Translations under genes and position numbers: made by a program
Notes under the pieces: model-generated
Told to the model about the DNA's origin: nothing
What the model saw: only the letters and a program-made list of their open reading frames with translations
Databases searched by the model: none
Shown: positions 59,219 through 64,000 of the stretch, in pieces
Numbering within the stretch: the stretch's first letter is position 1
Layout: the number at the start of each line of letters is the position of its first letter
Origin: an uncultured Hyphomicrobiales bacterium
GTDB lineage: Bacteria; Bacteroidota; Ignavibacteria; Kapaibacteriales; UBA2268
Assembly (NCBI GenBank): GCA_964498585.1
Contig: CAZCHH010000001.1
Coordinates: 35,513-99,512, forward strand
Length of the DNA stretch: 64,000 nt
Direction of reading: 5' to 3'

Positions 59219-60991
59219 ATGAAATCAATGCATCAAGATGAAGAATACAGACAGATAGATATTAAGCTACTCAAAAGATTAATCATATATTTAAAACCAT
59301 ATAAATGGCAAACTTACCTTGCAATTTTTTTAACAATTCTTGCTTCCGCACTTTTCCCGTTTCGTCCTTATTTAATCAAAATTGCAATAGACGATTATAT
59401 CTCTATTGCCGATTGGAACGGTCTTTTAAATATAATTCTTCTTATTTTTTCTGTTTTAATAATAAACGGAGTTTTGCAGTTTGCGCAAACCTATCTGATG
59501 CAGTGGGTCGGTCAAAACGTACTTTTAAGTATTCGGCAAAATCTTTTCACTCATATTCAAAAATTATCTTTAAAATTTTTCGATAAAAATCCCGTTGGAC
59601 GCTTGGTTACCCGCGTTACAAATGACGTTGAAGTGCTTAATGAGCTGTTTTCCAGCGGAGTTGTGATGATTATAGCGGATTTACTGCTTATTGGCTGGAT
59701 AATAGCTTATATGTTTTTTATTAATGTTGAACTTTCTTTGCTTACTCTAACTATTCTACCGGTTCTAATTGCTGTTACTTTTATTTTTAAAACAAAAGTG
59801 CGTGTTGTATTTCGTGATATAAGAAAAACAGTTGCTCAACTGAACTCTGCATTCAATGAATTTATTACAGGAATTTCAACTGTAAAGCAATTCACTCAGG
59901 AAGAAGAGCAGTTCGGAAAGTATGATGAAACAAATATCGTTCATAGAAACTTATGGCTCAAATCCGTCTTTTATTATGCAGTTTTCTTTCCAATAATCGA
60001 AATGCTAAGCACAATTGTTCTTGGTATAATTATCTGGTATTCTGCAGAAAACATTCTGTCCGGCTATATGACTATAGGAATTTTGATTGCTTTTCTTCAG
60101 TATGCAGAAATGTTTTTCAGACCAATTCGTGATTTGACAGAAAAATTTACTACGCTCCAAAGTGCTATGGCAAGCTCAGAGAGAATTTTCGGTTTGCTTG
60201 ATACTGAAGAAAAAATTCCTGAAAAAGAAAATGCTAAGGAATTTAATGAATTTAAAAAAGCAATTGAATTTAAAAATATTAATTTCAGTTATGACGGCGA
60301 TAAAAAGGTTTTAGAAAATATCTCATTCGAAGTGAAAATAGGGGAGAAGCTGGCTATTGTTGGCGCGACTGGCTCAGGAAAAACCACAATTATTAATTTG
60401 TTAAGCAGATTTTATGATTTTAATGATGGCAAAATACTTATTGACAGCACGGACATTAAAGAATTTAAAATAAGCAGTTTAAGAGAGAAAATTGCAATAA
60501 TTCAGCAAGATGTATTTTTATTTTCAAGAACAATTTACGAAAACATATTTTTAAAAGACGTTCCTAAGGACATTGAGACAGCAAAAGAAGAAATAAACAA
60601 ATATGGAATTGGTTGCATTCTTGACAGCTTCAGCGATATTTTCCATACCAAACTTGCAGAACGCGGCGCTACTTTATCTTCAGGGCAAAGGCAGCTAATC
60701 TCGATTTGCAGGGCATTGGTCGCTAATCCGGAAATACTTATTTTAGATGAAGCAACTTCAAATATTGATTCTAAAACCGAGCAAATAATTGTAACGCTTT
60801 TAAACGAACTTTTAGCTGGAAGAACCGCTATTATTATAGCTCATCGTCTTTCTACAATAAAAAATGCTGATAGGATTTTAGTTCTTCATCACGGAAAAAT
60901 AAATGACATTGGTACTCACGAAGAATTAATTAATAAAGATGGACTTTATGCAAAACTCTATCGCTTGCAGATGTTTAAAGAAAAGCAGTAA
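59219..60991 (+). CDS. ABC transporter, fused permease/ATPase (type I exporter, MsbA/lipid-A-exporter-like).
   Basis: Six TM helices, then Walker A GATGSGKTT, signature LSSGQRQLISICRAL, Walker B ILILDEATS, H-loop IAHRLST. Confidence 0.85.
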   Translation: MKSMHQDEEYRQIDIKLLKRLIIYLKPYKWQTYLAIFLTILASALFPFRPYLIKIAIDDYISIADWNGLLNIILLIFSVLIINGVLQFAQTYLMQWVGQNVLLSIRQNLFTHIQKLSLKFFDKNPVGRLVTRVTNDVEVLNELFSSGVVMIIADLLLIGWIIAYMFFINVELSLLTLTILPVLIAVTFIFKTKVRVVFRDIRKTVAQLNSAFNEFITGISTVKQFTQEEEQFGKYDETNIVHRNLWLKSVFYYAVFFPIIEMLSTIVLGIIIWYSAENILSGYMTIGILIAFLQYAEMFFRPIRDLTEKFTTLQSAMASSERIFGLLDTEEKIPEKENAKEFNEFKKAIEFKNINFSYDGDKKVLENISFEVKIGEKLAIVGATGSGKTTIINLLSRFYDFNDGKILIDSTDIKEFKISSLREKIAIIQQDVFLFSRTIYENIFLKDVPKDIETAKEEINKYGIGCILDSFSDIFHTKLAERGATLSSGQRQLISICRALVANPEILILDEATSNIDSKTEQIIVTLLNELLAGRTAIIIAHRLSTIKNADRILVLHHGKINDIGTHEELINKDGLYAKLYRLQMFKEKQ

Positions 60992-60992
60992 A

Positions 60993-61068
60993 TTCGCAAA
61001 GCTACGGGAAACTTGTGTGGAAGTGAAAAAAGTCTTGCGAACAACTTGTTGTTCGCATGAATTGAAAA
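60993..61068. repeat. Copy 2 of the ~75-nt conserved element (cf. 13342..13420), starting 2 nt after the ABC transporter stop. It contains a perfect 9-bp hairpin gcgaacaac-tt-gttgttcgc.
   Basis: cgcaaagctacGGGAAACTTGTGtGgAAGTGAAAAAAGtctTGCgAACAACTTGTTGtTCGcATGA aligned to copy 1. Confidence 0.6.
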
Positions 61069-61275
61069 AATAAAAAAATTTTATTTTTTTCTTGCATATT
61101 TCATTTTTATTTTTTACATTACAATCGTTGAAATAATCAAGAAATAAAATAGATAAAGAAAAAGGAATAGTATTTTTAAAATATAGAAAAAAATCCCCCG
61201 CCTTTTGGAACTTGACACTTTAAAAAGCAGGGGAAAATTAATAAATTAATTTATATACTAATTTACGAGGTTTTT

Positions 61276-61920
61276 ATGAAAAAAGCAACGTTAATTTTCG
61301 CAGCAATAGGTATAATGTTTATGGCTAATATGAATGTAAATGCACAATGCCCAACCGGGTGGACGAGACCAATACAAGCAGATTATGAATTGCAATGTAC
61401 TTGGCATTACGAGTATTGTTATTTTTATGATGCTTTAACATTGAATTATTATATAAGTATTACAAATCTATATGCTGATGAACCTTGCTGGTATTTAAAA
61501 CATGGAGGTACTTGGTTTCAAATTAGAAAAAGGTTAAGAGATTCCCTTTTATCAAACATTATTATTAATTTAAAAAATACTGTTTGGAATGAAATTTATA
61601 TACCTCAATGTCCACAAAATTTTCATTTTTGGTTTATAAATGAACCAGCTTGCTATAAAGAAGGATATCAAGGTTATTTGCACAAAAGTGAACCATGTAA
61701 TAAAATTCCAAGACCTTGCGATACAGCTCGAGTTGTTATATGCTGGGATTATGTTTATGATGATGATGAAAATATTGTTTACGATGAGCTTGGAAATCCT
61801 ATAATACAACATCCAATAACAAGATATTGGGATCCAGCAATTTATCCCAATGCAGATTATTATGTTTGCCAACCTTTTTATGTTCCTTTAGAACCAATGT
61901 GCTTTGATAATTGTTATTAA
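61276..61920 (+). CDS. Secreted cysteine-rich protein (214 aa; ~16 Cys, W/Y-rich) of unknown function.
   Basis: Signal peptide MKKATLIFAAIGIMFMANMNVNA; many CP/PC/C..C pairs (QCPTGW, PQCPQNF, CNKIPRPCD, CFDNCY). Confidence 0.55.
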   Translation: MKKATLIFAAIGIMFMANMNVNAQCPTGWTRPIQADYELQCTWHYEYCYFYDALTLNYYISITNLYADEPCWYLKHGGTWFQIRKRLRDSLLSNIIINLKNTVWNEIYIPQCPQNFHFWFINEPACYKEGYQGYLHKSEPCNKIPRPCDTARVVICWDYVYDDDENIVYDELGNPIIQHPITRYWDPAIYPNADYYVCQPFYVPLEPMCFDNCY

Positions 61921-62008
61921 CTCAATGTGTTTCTCTATTAGTCATCTTATAGCAATAAAATATAGGATGACTTACTTTAAAAATTTTTTCACATTTTCAG
62001 AGTTTGTT

Positions 62009-64000
62009 ATGAAAAAAATAATTTATATAGTCATAATTGTTACGATTATATATAATTCATTATATGCCCAATGGGAACGCTGCAATGGTCCATATGGTGG
62101 CGTTATTAACTCTTTGTTAGCTTATGAAGATATGGTTTTTGCTGGCACTTCTGCCGGTCTTTATAAATCTGATAATAAAGGTGAAACTTGGTTTTTGATT
62201 GACAGTCTATCATATAATTTAAGTTATGTAAGTATTGTAAAATACGGAAACAAAATTTATACATGTTCAGATGGTAGTGGAGTATATTATTCAACAAATA
62301 ATGGTGAAAATTGGACTGCTATTCATAAAGGTTTATCATCTTCAAGTAAACGTGTAATTACAATAAAAGACACAATGGTTTTTATTGGGACCAGTAAAGG
62401 AGTTTTTTCAACATCAAATAATGGAGAAACTTGGGTCGAACTAAATTCTGGTTTAACAAATTTAGATGTTTATGCTCTTATTATAAAAGATTCACTAATG
62501 TTCGCTGGTACAATGAAAGAAGGAGTATTTTGTTCTTCTGATAATGGCAAAAACTGGAGTTCGCTAATTAATGATTCAACTTATAATAACGTTAAATGCT
62601 TAGCCATCAAAGACAGTTTTATATTTGCTGGAACAACAACAGGAATATTACGTTCTACCGATAATTGCAACCGCTGGACGAAAATATCGTCTGGTCCTAT
62701 TTATTGGATTAGTAGTATTGTTATAAAAGACAATTTTGTTTTTGCAGCGATGAAAGGTGGAGGTATATTTCGCTCATCTGATAACGGAGAAAGCTGGACT
62801 GAAATTAATTCTGGTTTAAAAAACGATTTTATATTAAGTTTGGCAATTAATGAAAATAGTATATATGCAGGAACTTCTGGAAACGGTGTATTTGTCTCTT
62901 CAAATAATGGTGATTCTTGGGCTGGAATAAGCAATGGAATTTTGAGTATAACAGTAACTTGTTGTGCAATTAGAGATACAAGTATTTATGTAGGTACTTC
63001 ATTAGGTGGGGTGTTTTTATCTACTGATAATGGTGCAAGTTGGTCTGAAAGAAATTCTGGCTTATTTGATTTAAACGTTCTTAGTATTGCGTTAAAAGAT
63101 TCAAATATTTTTATAGGAACATATTTTAGTGGATTATTTTTATCTACAAATTACGGACTTCAATGGCAATATATAGACCCTTATTTAGCTAACATATTTG
63201 CTAATAATTTTATTATTAAAGATAGTTTAATAATTGCTTCAACTCCTGGTTCGGGTATTTTTGTTACAACAGATTTAGGTATGAATTGGAGAGAAAAAAA
63301 TAATGGTCTTCTTGAACCAGATGTAAGAGCAATGATTCTTGACGGTAATGATATATACTTGGGAACTTATGGCTATGGAATAGCTCATTCCAAAAATTAT
63401 TGCGATAGTTGGATTCATTATATTGATGGAATGGAAATTAGACAAATACTAAGTTTAACAAGGTGTAAAGATAAATTTTTTGCTGGTTCTTTAAACGGTA
63501 TACTATTTTACTCAACTAATAATGGTGAATACTGGAATATACTTAATACTGATTTTAATAATGCAAAAATTGAACATCTTTTAACAATCGGTTCAAATGT
63601 TATAGCTGGAACATCAAAAGGATTATATTTATCTCAAGATGGCGGTGATACTTTTCTAAAAACCACTCCGCCTTTAAATACAAAAACAATTTTTTCATTA
63701 ACATACAATGATAAATATTTATTTGCATCTACAATGAATAAAAGTGGTTTTTATCGTGCAAAACTTTCAGATTTCGGAATAACAGATGTTAAAGAAAATA
63801 TTTCTCGAAATAATGAAATTTCGATGTTTCCCAATCCCGCTGCAAATGAAATTTCTTTATCTATTCCTGAAGGTCAAAATATAAATTCAATCTCAATTTT
63901 CAATTCTCTCGGAATGGAAATTAAACGAATTGAACAAACTGAATTAATTGGAAATAGCAAAATAACAATTTCGGTTGCAGATTTGCCAGTTGGTTTATAT
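62009..64000 (+). CDS. Secreted multi-BNR/Asp-box repeat protein (at least 13 S.DNG..W-type repeats) with a T9SS C-terminal sorting domain. The 3-prime end is truncated by the window edge.
   Basis: Repeats KSDNKGETW, STNNGENW, SSDNGKNW, SSDNGESW, SSNNGDSW, STDNGASW ...; C-terminal ..SMFPNPAANEISLSIPEGQNINSISIFNSLGMEI.. begins a Por_Secre_tail. Not in the ORF track because no stop codon falls within the window. Confidence 0.7.
   Translation, partial: MKKIIYIVIIVTIIYNSLYAQWERCNGPYGGVINSLLAYEDMVFAGTSAGLYKSDNKGETWFLIDSLSYNLSYVSIVKYGNKIYTCSDGSGVYYSTNNGENWTAIHKGLSSSSKRVITIKDTMVFIGTSKGVFSTSNNGETWVELNSGLTNLDVYALIIKDSLMFAGTMKEGVFCSSDNGKNWSSLINDSTYNNVKCLAIKDSFIFAGTTTGILRSTDNCNRWTKISSGPIYWISSIVIKDNFVFAAMKGGGIFRSSDNGESWTEINSGLKNDFILSLAINENSIYAGTSGNGVFVSSNNGDSWAGISNGILSITVTCCAIRDTSIYVGTSLGGVFLSTDNGASWSERNSGLFDLNVLSIALKDSNIFIGTYFSGLFLSTNYGLQWQYIDPYLANIFANNFIIKDSLIIASTPGSGIFVTTDLGMNWREKNNGLLEPDVRAMILDGNDIYLGTYGYGIAHSKNYCDSWIHYIDGMEIRQILSLTRCKDKFFAGSLNGILFYSTNNGEYWNILNTDFNNAKIEHLLTIGSNVIAGTSKGLYLSQDGGDTFLKTTPPLNTKTIFSLTYNDKYLFASTMNKSGFYRAKLSDFGITDVKENISRNNEISMFPNPAANEISLSIPEGQNINSISIFNSLGMEIKRIEQTELIGNSKITISVADLPVGLY

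Noticed and set aside
61570-61872. Minus-strand ORF inside the cysteine-rich protein gene.
   Set aside because: It is antisense with a hydrophobic low-complexity translation. The sense ORF has a signal peptide and a patterned cysteine spacing.
1-64000. CRISPR array, prophage or integron.
   Set aside because: The repeats are irregular in spacing and sequence, so they are not direct repeats with spacers. The only recombinase is a chromosomal XerC/D type in a psd-pssA operon. No phage structural genes or integrase with attC-like sites are present.

Overview
This 64-kb window looks like chromosomal DNA from a low-GC bacterium of the Bacteroidota/FCB group. Support: nine proteins carry type-IX-secretion (T9SS) C-terminal sorting domains, one protein has SprB repeats, bshC is present, and -7 promoter elements of the TAnnTTTG type occur. 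Gene density is high. Housekeeping genes I recognise: mfd, mutS, rpsF-rplI, kdsB, xerD-like, pssA, psd, dnaN, rluD-family, xth, rpmE-rpsR, crcB behind a fluoride riboswitch, bshC, an MsbA-like ABC exporter, a nucleotide-sugar dehydrogenase, pirin, acylphosphatase, TonB, and a partial transketolase. They are interspersed with large secreted T9SS cargo proteins: an SprB-repeat adhesin, an S8 peptidase with FG-GAP repeats, a transglutaminase-like protein, a vWA-WD40 protein, and four BNR/Asp-box repeat proteins. I found no rRNA, tRNA or CRISPR array. Features not explained by ordinary annotation: (1) nested MITE-like and hairpin repeat families fill almost every large intergenic gap, including one complete 426-bp element with ~54-bp terminal inverted repeats; (2) a ~75-nt conserved non-coding element occurs twice in unrelated contexts; (3) one ORF fuses a TatD-family hydrolase in frame to a signal-peptide outer-membrane beta-barrel; (4) a RelE/ParE toxin-antitoxin pair is bracketed by two related structured repeats, next to a YARHG protein and an orphan HicB-like ORF overlapping mutS; (5) a fluoride riboswitch whose platform appears to control a TTG-initiated crcB at the translation level; (6) rpsR is not in the rpsF-rplI cluster but is coupled to rpmE behind a DUF4295-like mini-gene; (7) a PhnB/VOC-like pseudogene with a frameshift plus an in-frame TAA. 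All calls rest on reading motifs by eye; I ran no database searches.
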